Source: Lama glama
Taxonomy: Eukaryota
DNA length: 64,000 nt
Direction: 5' to 3'
Assembly: GCA_028534125.1 (NCBI GenBank)
Contig: CM052841.1
Location: forward strand, 62,062,001-62,126,000
Every line of letters begins with the position of its first letter. Position 1 is the stretch's first letter. Below are positions 24,045 to 36,554 of this stretch, one piece after another. The position numbers and the translations under genes were made by a program. Under the pieces are notes generated by a model that saw only the letters and a list, made by a program, of their open reading frames with translations, was not told the DNA's origin and searched no databases.

Positions 24045-25639
24045 GATGGATAAATGCATGGGTGGATTGGTGGATGACTGTAGATTTAACCATGTCACCT
24101 CCTGCTTTAAAACACCTCAGTGTTGCCAATAACTATCAAAATTCAGTGCACACAGGTCCATTTAAAGTAAATTACCCAATAGTAATACTCATATGTGTAC
24201 AAAATTACATGCACAAGATGGCCCTGCCTGCATCACTGCATATTATAGGAAAATACTGGAAGTAGCCTGATGTCTGGCAGTAGGAAGATGGAGGCCTTGA
24301 GGGAAAGGACTGTGTTTTCCCCTTCGCTCCATCCTCAGCAGCTGGGGCAATGCCTGGTACACAATAAGAGTTCAATAAATACATACTTGTGGAATGAAGG
24401 GAAGCGTTTATCAATGAGTTGTGGTGTTGCTGATGAGAAGGATGCTGGAGATCTGTGTACCAAGATAGGAGATGTCTATCTTACGTGGCACGGCAAGTCA
24501 CAGAACAGGATATAAAGGGTGAGCTTTATTATTGTCAAGAAAAATGGATCTATTTATGTTTGCATAGAAAAGAATCTTGAAGGAGATGCTAAATTGTTAC
24601 CAAAGGCTTCCGACTGAGGAGAGGGTTTGGAGGAAAGTTTTCACTTTATTTTAATGAACATTCTGGGATATTGTTTGGTTTTTGTAATATAATAGATTTA
24701 TTTTATAATTTAATAATTTATAATTATAAGGCTAGTACAAACAAAAGGCCTTCCGTGCTTCTCGATCACTCTCTAGAGGAAATCAAATCAAAAGTTCTTA
24801 GCCAGGCATTCAGGTCCCTCTGGAAGCAACTGCTTAGCCTCTCCCTGCCTGCCTCCCTCGGACCCCTACAGCCCTGGCCAAAGGTTCTGGCCTTGTCCTT
24901 CTGCCCACCTGGTGGCACATACTAAGTTTCAAGCTTCAGCTCAGTCATCCTTTCCCATCCCAACACCCCCGCCTCCGCATCAGGCACAGTGCTTACTCCC
25001 TGCTCTGTGCCCCCAAGTTACCAGGCATCTGTGTGCAGAGAAAGTGAGGGCTCTGTCTTCTGTCACAATAACTGGTGCATACTTGCCACTCATGGGAAGG
25101 GAGGGCAAGAGGAAAAAAGGAAAGAAAGGAGGAGAAAAGGAAAGGAAGAAAGAAAGGGGAAACTGAGGTAGCGGTGGAACATGTCACTTGCCCACATCAC
25201 CCTGAGAGTAGCTACCCAGCTGGTCTGCTCTCTGAGTCACCTGACACCCAGCACAGTGTGCCACGCCAAGCCGCCTTCCCAGCACTGCTTGCCAAGGGCG
25301 GTTGGTGCTGATTCACCGGTGACCGGGCTCCAATTATTTGCGGAACTGGAATGGCAGCCAAGCCACCTCAGCAGCTGACCAAGGGCATATCGATTTGTGC
25401 CGGGCTCCTTGCTAATATCTGAGCCAGTCACACAAGACGATAAAGGCTCCAAAGAACTCACCCACAGTGATCTGTCCTGCTTAAACCTCCCACGGCCAAG
25501 TCCACAAGTCTCCCCGTTGATCAGCAAACTCTGCCCTTTCCAACCGAAGCCTGACCATCACTCACAGGGAGTAGTCATGGTTCAGAACACAAGATCTGGA
25601 GTCAGGCAGCCCTGGGTTCCGGCCCAAGGATTACTGAGT

Positions 25640-26060
25640 CAAAGGGTATTTACATATTTGCTGTTGAGAGATGCTGCCAAACTGCCTTCCAAAAAGGTTG
25701 GACCCATTTATAGTCCCACCAGCAGTGTAAGACAGTGCCCATCCCCATCCTTTCTCTACCTTTACCAATTTGTTTGAAAAAAACAAGACACAACAAAACA
25801 AAGAAACCCTCTACTACCATGCTTGCGCTTCTTTCACTAGCATCTTTTCATATTTTTTTGGCAATTTGAATTTCTGTAAATTACCTGGCTGTATCCTTTG
25901 TCCCATCTTTAAATTGGAGTAGTCATCTTTTTGTTATTTATTTGTAGTAGCTTATTACATATTGTAGATATCAACCTCTGCTGTATATGTTAAATTATGC
26001 CTTCCACTTAGTCACGTGTCTTTGGACTTTGTTTATGATGTCTTTTTGCCTCACAGAAGC
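25640..26060 (-). mobile_element. Old L1 (L1ME-like) fragment
   Basis: tgccaaactgccttccaaaaaggttg...tcccaccagcagtgt...gtatcctttgtcccat. Confidence 0.6.
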
Positions 26061-26274
26061 TCTTACTAAGTCCCAGGTAAGAGATAGGAGTCAACCTATT
26101 TCAGTGGAGAGAGCACTGGATTGGAAGCCAGGAGCCCAGGTTTTGAATTCCACCTCTGTCACCAATTCACTGTGTGACTTTCAACCAGTCCCTGACCCCT
26201 CTTTCTCTATCTGCTCAATAAGAGCGTTGAATTCAGTGGTCTCTGTGGACCTGTCCACCTCCATGGTCTAGGCA

Positions 26275-26738
26275 AGCACTATTAATATAACTTTCTGCAA
26301 TGATGGAAATTTTCCATCTCTGCACTTTTCCATATGGTAACCACCAGCCACATGTGGCTACTGAGCACTTTAAAATGTGGCCAGTGTGACTGAGAAACTG
26401 AATTTTCAGGGGTGGGAAGAGATAAATTGGGAGTTTGAGATTTGCAGATACTGACTGATATATATAAAATAAACAAGTTTACACTGTATAGCACAGGGAA
26501 GTATATTTGATATCTTGTAGTAGCTTACAGTGAAAAAGAATATGAAAATGAATATATTCATGTATTACTGAAACACTGTGCTGTACATCAGAAATTGACA
26601 CAACATTGAAAACTGACTATACTTTAATTTAAAAAATACAAAAAAAAGAAAGAAACTGAATTTTAAACTCCATTTAATTTAAATAAAATTTTTAAATAGC
26701 CACCCGTGGCTAATGACTACCTTATTAAACAGTGAAAG
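26275..26738 (+). mobile_element. MER3 (hAT-Charlie) split by a younger L1 3' end
   Basis: aactttctgcaatgatggaaat...ccagccacatgtggctactgagcactt...gaaactgaatttt, resuming at tttaaatagccacccgtggcta. Confidence 0.8.
26407..26650 (+). mobile_element. Young lineage-specific L1 3' end with poly(A)
   Basis: 14-bp TSD AGAAACTGAATTTT at 26393-26406 and 26651-26664; A-rich tail. Confidence 0.9.
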
Positions 26739-27317
26739 CCAAGATAGTTTAGATTCCCCCACCCCGCGTGAGCTGCAATACAGAGTTTAATTAAGGCAGC
26801 GATGGAGAGTCCCTGTGTGACTTGGGGCAGGTCACTCTACCTCTCTGAGCCTCAGTTTCCCCATCTGTCCAGTGGGGCCCATAGCAGTTCCTGCCTCCTG
26901 GAGTTGTTCAGCAGATTTGATTAGGGAGTGCGTGGCGGCCAAGGCCCAATGCCTGACCAACACTGTGCAAAATCAGGCCAGATTCCGAGGCATAAGAGTG
27001 TGTTTACCCCATTTTCATTGTGTCCAGAGACCTGTGGGTGGCTTTCCCCAGAGCTACCTGTCTTCCCCTGCAGCTTTGAGGCCAGCCTTACTTTCTTCAA
27101 CTGGGACCTTGCCTCCAGCATGCCTTCAGCCCAGGACTCCAGATCACAGACAAGACAAAGTTCAAACTTCAGCCTGTGTTCCCAGCTCTGAACACTGACC
27201 CTCCCCTTAGAGTACTGTCATTAATACAACCTGCAGGTCAGCCCAGCAGCCTTACCACCCTCACCCTGTGTCTGTCTCCTCCCCAGCCTTCCAGGATCTG
27301 CCAAGCCAAGCACTTCA

Positions 27318-27770
27318 CTTCATTCATTCATTTTTCACTCATGGGTGTTTATCACACAATCTGCTCTGGGACTGAGGCTGTGGTGGTGGGCACATAGATG
27401 TGGCCCAAGGGTTGAGAAATGTGATATACCTGAGGGTCAAGAGGAGTTGAGGAAGTGGTGGGAACACAGGGAGGCCTGACCTGGTGTGTGGGGTCAGGGC
27501 AGGCTTTGCTGAGGAAGTGGTATGTAAACCCAAGCCTGACCAATGGGTAAAAGTCAGCCAGGAGGGAGGGGAGTTGGTGGAGAGGAAAGTCTAAGCTGAG
27601 ACAATGTAGGAGCCCAGGATCTGTGAGAGGCAAGGGCAGGGCTAGAAAGGTAGGCAGGCCCCATCCTACAGGAGAGCTTTGCAGGCCATGTTAATGTTGT
27701 GCTTTATTCTAAAGGTAATGGGGAGCCACGGAAGGTTTGAGAGAGAAAGAGAGGATGATGTGATTGTTCC
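27318..27770 (-). mobile_element. L2 LINE 3' fragment
   Basis: ttcattcattcat start; ggctttgctgaggaagtg; tttattctaaaggtaatggggagcca. Confidence 0.65.
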
Positions 27771-27894
27771 AGGCCGGTTTCCTACATAGCCTGGAAGATT
27801 CAGGAATTTAGCCCCTTTAACTTTCCCTTCTCTGCTTGCCATCTGCATCTAAAGATATGTCATGAGCACACAGTTCCCGGAGCCTGCCTTCTGC

Positions 27895-28065
27895 TTTAAA
27901 AGACCTGGGTTCAAATCCCATCCCTTCTACTCCCTGGCCCTATCACTTGAAGGAAGTTATTAACCTCTTTCACCTTTAGTGTCCTCACCCATAAAATGGA
28001 GATAATGACACCTTTGCACGTGATACAAATTATGAGGGAAAAGTGTATGGCCCAGAGCCACTTAG
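27895..28065 (+). mobile_element. MIR SINE
   Basis: agacctgggttcaaatccca...aagttattaacctct...taaaatggagataat. Confidence 0.7.
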
Positions 28066-29204
28066 GAAACAGGCTCCAGTTGAATTTCTTCTGTGCAAAG
28101 TCAAGTGAAAGCTGTGGAGGGCCCTGTGGGTGTTTCCTGAAGGGCAAGTGGAAGTCCATTTCTGGGAAGTGAAGGGAAGGCTTGGCTGAGGCCTTTCTCA
28201 GGCAGCCTGACCATGTGCTAGGTGACTTCAAAGGGGACCTCAGGAGCTAGACTTGGTCTTCTGAACCTTTTCAGACCCCCACTCAGCAGGCCAGGAGTCA
28301 GCAGGTGGAGACAGAGCTTACATAACCAGTCAAGAGTCCAACACTTTTCACCCAGTAATCAGGGCCATGTTTACTGAGAAGTGTTCCCAGGTCACCTCCC
28401 TGTCCTCTTAGGTACCTTGTAGGCACATGCACAGCCCTTTGGCCCTTGCTGAGCTCTGCTTATTTTCTGATTTCTTAGTCACAGTCCCCAGGGTTACTGT
28501 CAGCAACAGCTAATATTTTAAAATGTGAAAATCACTAGTGATGCCATTTAGTGGTGAGGTACTGGGGAAGAGTGGGGGCCAGGGGCTGTAGCAGGGACCA
28601 GGGTATGAGTCCCAGACTCCTCTGCCTGTTAGCTCTCTGACCTGAAGCCAGTCGCTTGGAGACTGTGAGCCTCAGTTTTTTTGTCTTTCGTTTTTTTCTG
28701 AGCCTTGCAGTTTTTACAGCTGCGGAATGGGTTTAGTGGCCTTACCTACCTCCTGAAATTCCTTTGAGGATTCAATAAAGTAGTAATGTACATAAAGGAC
28801 TTTGTAAATTACTTGGCACAAGGAAAGCCCTCATCAGATGTTAACTGTTAACATCGCACTGTGTTTTGTAACTGTCCGTTCTACTCAACTCATTACAAAA
28901 TTCTTTCCAGTGACAGGAAGGAATTTAACACTTGGGATTTTCTGATACATCCCAAACTCCTGACTGCCTGGGATTGCTGGGCTGGGAACTGGGAAGCCTA
29001 AATTTTAATCTCCTGTTTGGCCTTGGGGCTCCATCCTCCCAGCCCTTAGTCCTCACTTCCCACTTGTAGAACAAAAGGGGAGTGGGATGGAGATGGATGC
29101 TTGCTAAGGGCCCTGCTCTCTGATTCTGTGTTTCAGAACTGTAGACCCCAGACCCTGCACCTCACCTTTTCCTTTCTTCCTTCCGTCCTTCAACAAATAC
29201 CTCC

Positions 29205-29345
29205 CAGGGTTCAAATTCCAGCTCTGCCACTTCTTGGCTGTGTAACTTTGGACAAGTTATATAACCTCTATGCCTCTGTTTCCTGATCTCTAAAGTGGAA
29301 ATACATTACCTATTTCCCAGGGATGTTATGAGTAATGAACGAGTA
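29205..29345 (+). mobile_element. MIR SINE
   Basis: gggttcaaattccagctctgccacttcttggctgtgtaactttggacaagtta. Confidence 0.8.
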
Positions 29346-29708
29346 GAATAGTGCCTGTTCGACTAAATCAAAAACTAAGTGACCATTTTGTGCCATGCAC
29401 TGATGTAAGCACTGGGGGTACGAGTGTGAATCGGGCAGGTTTTATTGGCAGGGTTTATTGGAAATCCACACAGTGATGCAGTGGGTACCTCCCCAGTGAT
29501 ATAGCCCCAAGGAAGAGCAGTGTTGACCATTCTCCTGCAGGTGGGGGGTGGCTTTCAAAGAGGCCCTGATGCTCTGATGCTGTCACTTCTCTTTGTCTAA
29601 ACAACAGCTTCTGTGTACTGATCTCGCCCTGGAGGCCCCTGCCCCAGGCTAAGCGCTGTGCTCCTAAGATCTCCTTCAAAGCCAACAGCCTGCAGGGGGT
29701 TCTAGCAT

Positions 29709-30051
29709 TGCTGTAAACCAAATGTTTTTATCCCCGCCTCCAGAATTCTTATGTTGAAACCCTAACCCCTCAGGGTAATGGTGTTGGNNNNNNNNNNNNN
29801 NNNNNNNNNNNNNNNNNNNNNNNNNNNNNNNNNNNNNNNNNNNNNNNNNNNNNNNNNNNNNNNNNNNNNNNNNNNNNNNNNNNNNNNNNNNNNNNNNNNN
29901 NNNNNNNNNNNNNNNNNNNNNNNNNNNNNNNNNNNNNNNNNNNNNNNNNNNNNNNNNNNNNNNNNNNNNNNNNNNNNNNNNNNNNNNNNNNNNNNNNNNT
30001 AAACCACCCAATCTGTAGTATTTTGTTATAGCAGCCAGAGCGGACTAAGAC
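29709..30051 (+). mobile_element. MLT1A-like MaLR solo LTR (middle is N, 29788-29999)
   Basis: 5' aattcttatgttgaaaccctaacccc; 3' gtattttgttatagcagccagagcggactaagaca. Confidence 0.8.
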
Positions 30052-30349
30052 AATCATTATCCCCATTTCACAGAAGAGTTTATGTTTGATCCCCTCCCAG
30101 GACCTGGCACATAGCTAGAGGCCAGTGAATGAGTATTGAAGGAAAGAGAAAGAAACAAATGAACACAGAACACTACTGACACGAACGCTTCCACGGCGTA
30201 AGCAGCACACCAGGAGTTAGGGCCCCTTTTGCTCCTGGAAGGCAGAGAGCTCCAAGGTACATGCTTGTGGTCACCACATCAAGCTCAGTGGAAGCACCCC
30301 CCAAACTGTGCCACTGTACCATCCTCCTCCCCCACCTCCTCCCCATCAT

Positions 30350-30580
30350 CACAGCTGATACTCCCTGAACGTTTAGTATGTGCCCCAGGCACTGACCTAA
30401 GGTTTTCAATGTAGGAATTCTTTCAGTCCTCACCATAGTCCCATGAGGTATGTCCCATTTCACAGATGAGGAAACTGAGACACAGACAGATGACATCATG
30501 CCCAGAGTCACAATGATGGAGCTGACTTCAAATCCAGGCAGTCTGAATCCTGGGCCTGAGCTCCTCACCACCGTGCTATC
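30350..30580 (-). mobile_element. MIR SINE (near full length)
   Basis: cccatttcacagatgaggaaactgagacacaga. Confidence 0.85.
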
Positions 30581-30629
30581 CAGACTTTCTCTTTCTTTTT
30601 AAGTCATTGCTGATTTCAAATGTAGCACA

Positions 30630-30870
30630 TGGTCCTCAGCGGAATGAAACTAGAAATCANNNNNNNNNNNNNNNNNNNNNNNNNNNNNNNNNNNNNNNNN
30701 NNNNNNNNNNNNNNNNNNNNNNNNNNNNNNNNNNNNNNNNNNNNNNNNNNNNNNNNNNNNNNNNNNNNNNNNNNNNNNNNNNNNNNNNNNNNNNNNNNNN
30801 NNNNNNNNNNNNNNNNNNNNNNNNNNNCTAAGAGTAAATGCTTACGTTAAAAAAGAAAGATCTCAAAGCA
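30630..30870 (+). mobile_element. L1 ORF2 fragment spanning N-run 30660-30827
   Basis: ggaatgaaactagaaatca ... gtaaatgcttacgttaaaaaagaaagatctcaaa. Confidence 0.6.
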
Positions 30871-31106
30871 AAAGTAACACATGCTTATCATTGAAAAAGC
30901 CAAGCATTGCACAATTTTATGCTATAGAAAGTGAAAGCTGAAAAAGTGAAGGGCATCCCTGAGATGCCCTTTCCCTCTGTTAAGTGTAGTATAAATGCTT
31001 CAGGTAGTTTTTTCAAAGCTTATAGTAATGGTATCTTAAAAAAAAAAAAGAATAATCCAGTACTCATTGTTTTGTCACTTTTATCTTGTTTTATCTAAAA
31101 GTGACT

Positions 31107-31191
31107 TTTTTTTTTAATGGCAGTACTGGGGATTGAACCCAGGAACTTGTGCATGGTAAGCATGCACTCTACCACTGAGCTCTACCCTCCC
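31107..31191 (-). mobile_element. tRNA-Ala(AGC)-derived SINE (camelid vic-1-like), short form
   Basis: Reverse complement GGGTAGAGCTCAGTGGTAGAGTGCATGCTTACCATGCACAAGTTCCTGGGTTCAATCCCCAGTACTGCCA plus poly(A); TSD CTAAAAGTGACT at 31095-31106 and 31192-31203. Confidence 0.9.
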
Positions 31192-32451
31192 CTAAAAGTG
31201 ACTCTTAGAGGCTGCTCCTTGCTAGAACATTCTCTTCTGGGACTGCAGTTGTCCATAGTGAGGGTGTCCACACTGAATGTAGCCAGTCCCATCAGGATAG
31301 GATTGGAACGCCTGCAGTTTTTAACTATTTCAAGCCACTGCAGTGAGCATTCTTATAAATGCTCACTGTGTGCTGGTGGAGGATCTCAGGGGGGTAATTT
31401 TCTGAAGTAGATCCTTTGGGCCAAAGGTCAAGAGCATTTTTAACATTCCCTCCAGGAGGGCAAAACCAGCTTTGCCTGGAGAGCAGGAGAGGGTCAGTTC
31501 CAGCTGGTCAGTTTGAGCCCAAACCACTGTCTTGCCCTGCTGAGCAGTGCCGGATCCTCAAGTGTGACCCAGCCTCTGTTACAGTCCAGAAACTGATCAT
31601 TCTTGTCAAGAATATCATCAGATGCTGAGGCTGAAGCACTTCTCAAAAACTCCAGCGTTTGCTCTTGAACTCATTTAGGGAAACCAGCAATGTCCACAAT
31701 AAGACCTTGCAAAGAGGCCTGGCTGCAGGGCATAGACCACGGTGGGGTGGGTGGGGGGCGCTCCTGAGGTGAAGCTGGCCTCTGATTAGCAAGCATCTCT
31801 ACGCATGGATAGCTGGGTCGGCTGAATTCCCTTCTAGAATTTAGCGAGAGGCTTTTTCCCTGAATCATCATGACTCCCACAAACTGGGCACTGAAGTGAT
31901 TAGCGTCCTTCTGGGCCACTTGGTAGTAAACCGCGATCAAATAAGTCCATGGGTTTGTCCTGCTACCACCTCTGATAGCTGCGGGCATTGGACTGTGACT
32001 GCCCGTGGGGGTCGGGCAGGGTCACAGGGAGCAGGGCCAGGCATCTGGAGGCTAGGGCGAGGTCCTTATCATGTCTTCTCACCTTTGCCTTGGGTGACTT
32101 CCAGCAAAGCACTTACCTAATGCAGGGCGTGATTTACATGCGGTTCCCTCTCACCTGGACCTCTTCCCGCCATACACTGTGCCCTCACCACTTTGCCTCC
32201 CCGACTCCTTGTCAATCTGTAGGACTTAGCGCGTCCATGTCAGTTCTGCAGGGAAACCCTCTGTGATCCCTTCAGGTTAGGATGGTGACTTTCTAGATTC
32301 TCGTCGAGTACCAAGCTTGTAGCACTTAGGACAACAGTGACAGCTCATGATGTTTGTCATTGTCTATCTCTTCCAGGCCCATTAGTAGGATGTGTGTTCT
32401 GGTCTGTATCCCAGTGCCTGGAAAAGTGTCAGGCACATGCAAGTGCATGAC

Positions 32452-32660
32452 ATCAGAGCCAGGCTGCCCAGGTGTGAATCCTGCCCCTGTGAACTAAGGC
32501 AAGTTCCTGAATCTCTTTGTGCCTTAGTCTTCCCATCTGTAAAATGGGGATAATAGTACCCACCTCTTGGAGTTGTTACAAGGGTCACTTGAGAGGACAT
32601 ATGTGAGGCGCTTAGAATGGGTGTCTGGCCTGTAGAAGGTGCTAGATCAGTGTTATTGTT
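32452..32660 (+). mobile_element. MIR SINE
   Basis: gtgccttagtcttcccatctgtaaaatggggataatagtacccacctc. Confidence 0.85.
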
Positions 32661-33254
32661 AACATTAAATGCTAGTGGTTAGATAAGAGTCTCCGAGGGT
32701 CTATGTGTAGCAGGCACTGGTGTCTTCCTACCCAGCATCTTCCTGCGTGGAAATTGCTCAGCCTGTGGAAAGTGTGGTTTTGCTGTGGCTTATTGTGATG
32801 GTTATTGGGTCAATGTTGCAATGGTGAGACTGCAACTCTGGTGATGGTCAAAGGACATCCTCTTCATCCTGACTCCAGCTGCTTGCTCTGTGTGGTCCAG
32901 TCCATGCCTGCCCTTTCCCTGACAAACCCGTAGAAGGTATCTTAGTATACTTGACCCCTCTCCATTGGCTGGGTTGACTGAGTGCCACGTGACCCAAGAC
33001 GGGCCAATCAAATTTTATCTTGAGAAACGAGCTCAGGACTAGTCTTCCTTGGCAGGTGAACTCCGCATCAGGGGTAGATACATGCCCAGGGAAGTAGAGA
33101 GTGAAGCAGGGAGTCCCTGTTACTGAGAACTCAGGGAGGTCCTGCTGGTTTTCCGGGTCCCAGTTTTGGGTTCTTGGGAGCTGGACTGCACTGCCTCCTC
33201 TTTTTAAATTTCCCACTGACTTAATCCCCCCACTCAAGTGTGAGTGGGGTCCCC

Positions 33255-33537
33255 TGACTCATCCAAACCCTGTGCGCATTTCCTCACTTCCCTGGCCCTG
33301 CCTCTGCAGAGGAAATGCTCGGGCCTCTTCCTGGGGTGATTTACTGGTGTAGTCTAGGCTGACCCCCGGGCCTTCCGGGAAGCATCTGCAGGGCTGCTCT
33401 CGTCACTGCTCTGGGGGCCGCTGCGCACAGGGACCAGCTCTCCGGAAGCCCTTGAGTCTGGGTCAATTCCCCGCCTCCAGCTGGATAGGACCGGGCAGGG
33501 GGCGGAGCCTCCGAGGGATGGGGGCGCGGGGGTGGGG
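33255..33537. promoter_or_regulatory. Small CpG-enriched candidate enhancer
   Basis: TGACTCA 33255-61, TTCCGGGAA 33373-81, CCGGAAG 33442-48, GC boxes, G4 motif 33515-37. Confidence 0.45.
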
Positions 33538-33797
33538 AAGATGTTGCTAGGCCCTACTTAGGCGCTTGTTTGGTTTTCCTCTTGCAAAATGCAAACGCGT
33601 GGTTATTAAAAAGCATTATGCAAATACAGAAAAGTACAAAGAAAAAAGTCTACTTCACCTCTGATCCCAGGAAATTTACACTCACAAATGCCTTTTTTTC
33701 CCCAGAAAGTAAATCAGACTGTATATATTGTCGGAACCTGCCTTCTTCTTCCTTTTTTTTTTTTTTAACTTAGCAATGTATCAAGAGGGCACCTTTT

Positions 33798-34096
33798 TCT
33801 CCCTTACAGTTTTATTGAGAAATAATTGACACACAACACTGTATAAGTTTAAGGTGTACAGCGTAATGATTTGACTTACATATATCATGAAATGATTATC
33901 ACACTAAGTTTAGTGAACATTCAGCATCTGATATGCATACAAAATCAAAGAAATAGAAAATTTTTTTCCTTGTGATGAGAACTCTTAGGATTTGCTCTCT
34001 TAACAACTTTCATATATAACATACAGCAGTGTTAATTACATTTATTATGTTGTATATTATTACATCCCTACTACTTATCAATCTTATAACTGGAAG
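33798..34096 (-). mobile_element. L1 3' end (L1MA9-like)
   Basis: cttgtgatgagaactcttaggattt, cagcagtgttaattac; TSD GAGGGCA(C/T)CTTTT at 33785-97 and 34097-34109. Confidence 0.75.
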
Positions 34097-34117
34097 GAGG
34101 GCATCTTTTCTAAAAAA

Positions 34118-34870
34118 ACAGCTTTATTGAGTAATTGACAGGCAATAAACTACACATATCAAAGTGTATAATATAAATTTCGGTGTAAGTTCACATGACT
34201 TGCATCACCACATTCAAGTTGATGAACACATCCATCACCCACCAGAAGTTTCCTTCTGCTACTTGGTAATTCCTCCTGCCCCCACCCCAACACACACACT
34301 GATCCTGCATTTTGTCACCATAGATTAGTTTGCATTTCCTAGTATTTTATGTAAATGGAATCATACAGTATGTACTCTTTTTTTCTGGCTTCTAAATAAT
34401 TAGCAAAATTATTTTCAAATACATTCATGTTGTGTGGACTGATAGTTCATTTCTTTTCATTGCTGAGTAGTATACCATAGTTTGTTTCGCATTCACCTGT
34501 TGGTAAACATTTGTGTTATTTCCAGATTCAGCCTATTACAAATCAAGCTGCTTTAAACATTTACGTACGAGTTTTTGCATGGACTTCTTATCTCTCTTGG
34601 GTAAATTCCTCAGGGTGGAATGGCTGACTCCCATATGATAAGTGTATGTTTCACTTTTTAAGAAACTACCAAACTGTTTTCTAAAACAGTTGTACCATTT
34701 TACACCCCCACCAGCACTATATGTGATTCCCAGTGACTGTACATCTGTGCCAATATTTGATATGATCAATCTTTTAAATTTTAGCTTTTCTAATAGGTGT
34801 GGTCTCATCGTGGCTTTAATATCTGTTTCCTTCTCGACCATGGAGTGGAGCATCTTTACCTATGCTTATT
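34118..34870 (-). mobile_element. L1MB-like 3' fragment
   Basis: cagctttattgag, gtaaatggaatcatacagtatgtactc, ttgtaccattttacacccccaccagca. Confidence 0.8.
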
Positions 34871-34914
34871 CAAGGCCATCTTAGCACGTCACTAAATGGA
34901 GATCTACATTGTCT

Positions 34915-35262
34915 TTTATTATTATTATTATTTTTTTTGTTGTTGTTTTTATTGTAGTGGAGTTACAGCATTCTCTTAGTTTCTGGCATATTGCATAGTG
35001 ATTCAGTTATACCTATCCATGTGTTTTCTCATATTCTTTTTTCGTGTCTTTTGTTTTGTGTTGTGGGGGGAGGTGATTAGGTTTATTTGCTTATTTCTTT
35101 TTAATGGAGGTACTGGGGATTGAACTCAGGACCTCATGCATGCTAAGCACTCACTCTACCACTGAGCTATACCTTTCCCTCCCTCATATTCTTTTTCATT
35201 ATAGGTTATTGCAAGCTATTGAATAGAGTTCCCTGTGCTGCACAGTAGGACCTTGTTGTTTA
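34915..35262 (-). mobile_element. L1 3' end fragment (related to 26407 family) interrupted by a SINE
   Basis: gtttctggcatattgcatagtgattcagtt ... ccctgtgctgcacagtaggaccttgtt. Confidence 0.75.
35042..35182 (-). mobile_element. tRNA-Ala(AGC)-derived SINE, long form
   Basis: tRNA-Ala-like head plus AAACCTAATCACCTCCCC tail module; TSD CTCATATTCTTTTT at 35028-41 and 35183-96. Confidence 0.9.
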
Positions 35263-36054
35263 TATATATATTGTTATATTTAATCACTGTATGAGACTAC
35301 AACATTGGATCCATCCTTTTATTTCATCCAGACCCCACTGACGGTCTACGTTGGCTTTGATTTTTTGCTGTTCTGTGTAATGCTGTGATACACAAGCTGG
35401 CATGCGCCCTTCTGTGTTTTTGTCTGTTTCCTTCATGTGGCATCAATGGGTAAAAGGGATGCACATTTTTAAGGCTTTTGAAACACACTAACAAACAGCT
35501 GCCCTGGAGCCCTCCAGCTGTTATAGCTCCATTGGCAGCGGAGTCCTGCTTCCAAATCAGGCAGAAACCTCCAGAGCAATGACTTGCAGGGTTTGAGGAA
35601 GTCTTTCAAGTATGACCCCATGACTTTTGGCCAGCAGCCAAAAATAAGGGCAAATTGGCCACAGGACTCCCTTGGAGTGGCCTTGGAAAATCATTAATAT
35701 GGTCTGGGGATGGGGAGATCGTTCAGGGAGGGTTGGGGTTGGAGGGAGGAGCTAGGGTCAGGCCTGGGGGTGAGCCCAGCAATATTCATGTCTGACCAGT
35801 GACCTTGGGCCGACCACCAACCTCTCTCATCACAGTGTTCTCAGGTGTGGAGCAGAACAGAGACTACTAACCCCCAAGTATGTGAAAGCCCTTTACAAAT
35901 TCAAAAACATTCCACAAAGGTGTGCTGTTAGGACTGTTGTTTCCTTTCTAGAAATGTGGGCAGCACCCACTCCCGCCTGCATCCCTACCTAAGGGCAGCC
36001 GCCTGGTGAGGACTGTGAGGAAGGGCAGGACCTGGTGAGGGAGGTAGGGGAGGT

Positions 36055-36554
36055 GTAGTCAGCAGAATAGTGCCCCCCCACCCCCACAGAGGCATCTACA
36101 TCCTAATCCTGTGATTAGTGGGACTACATTAGGTTACCTGGCAAAGTGGAATTAAGGTTGCAGATGGAATTAAAGTTGCTAATCAGCTGACCTTAAAATA
36201 GGGGGATTATCCCAGATTATGAGTGTGAAGACATCCAATATAGTTACGAGGATCCTTCAATACAAAAGAGAGACCGAAGCGAAAAACAGAGAGACGGCAG
36301 CATGGGAAGGACTCAGCTCTACACGGCTGACTTTGCAGGTGGAGGAAGGGGCCATGAACCAAGGAATGCAGGAAGCTTCTAGAAGCTGGAATTCTCTCCT
36401 ACAGCCTCCAGAAAGAATGCAGCCTCACTGACACCTTGATTTGGGCCCAATAAGACCCATTCTGCACTTTGAACCTTTATAAAGGTAAGGTAATGAATTT
36501 GTGTTATTTTAAGCTAAGCTACTAATTTGTTACAGCAGCCATAGGAAAGTAATA
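36055..36554 (+). mobile_element. MLT1D-like MaLR solo LTR
   Basis: ggaattaaggttgcagatggaattaaagttgctaatcagctgaccttaaaatagg; 3' aatttgttacagcagccataggaaa. Confidence 0.85.
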
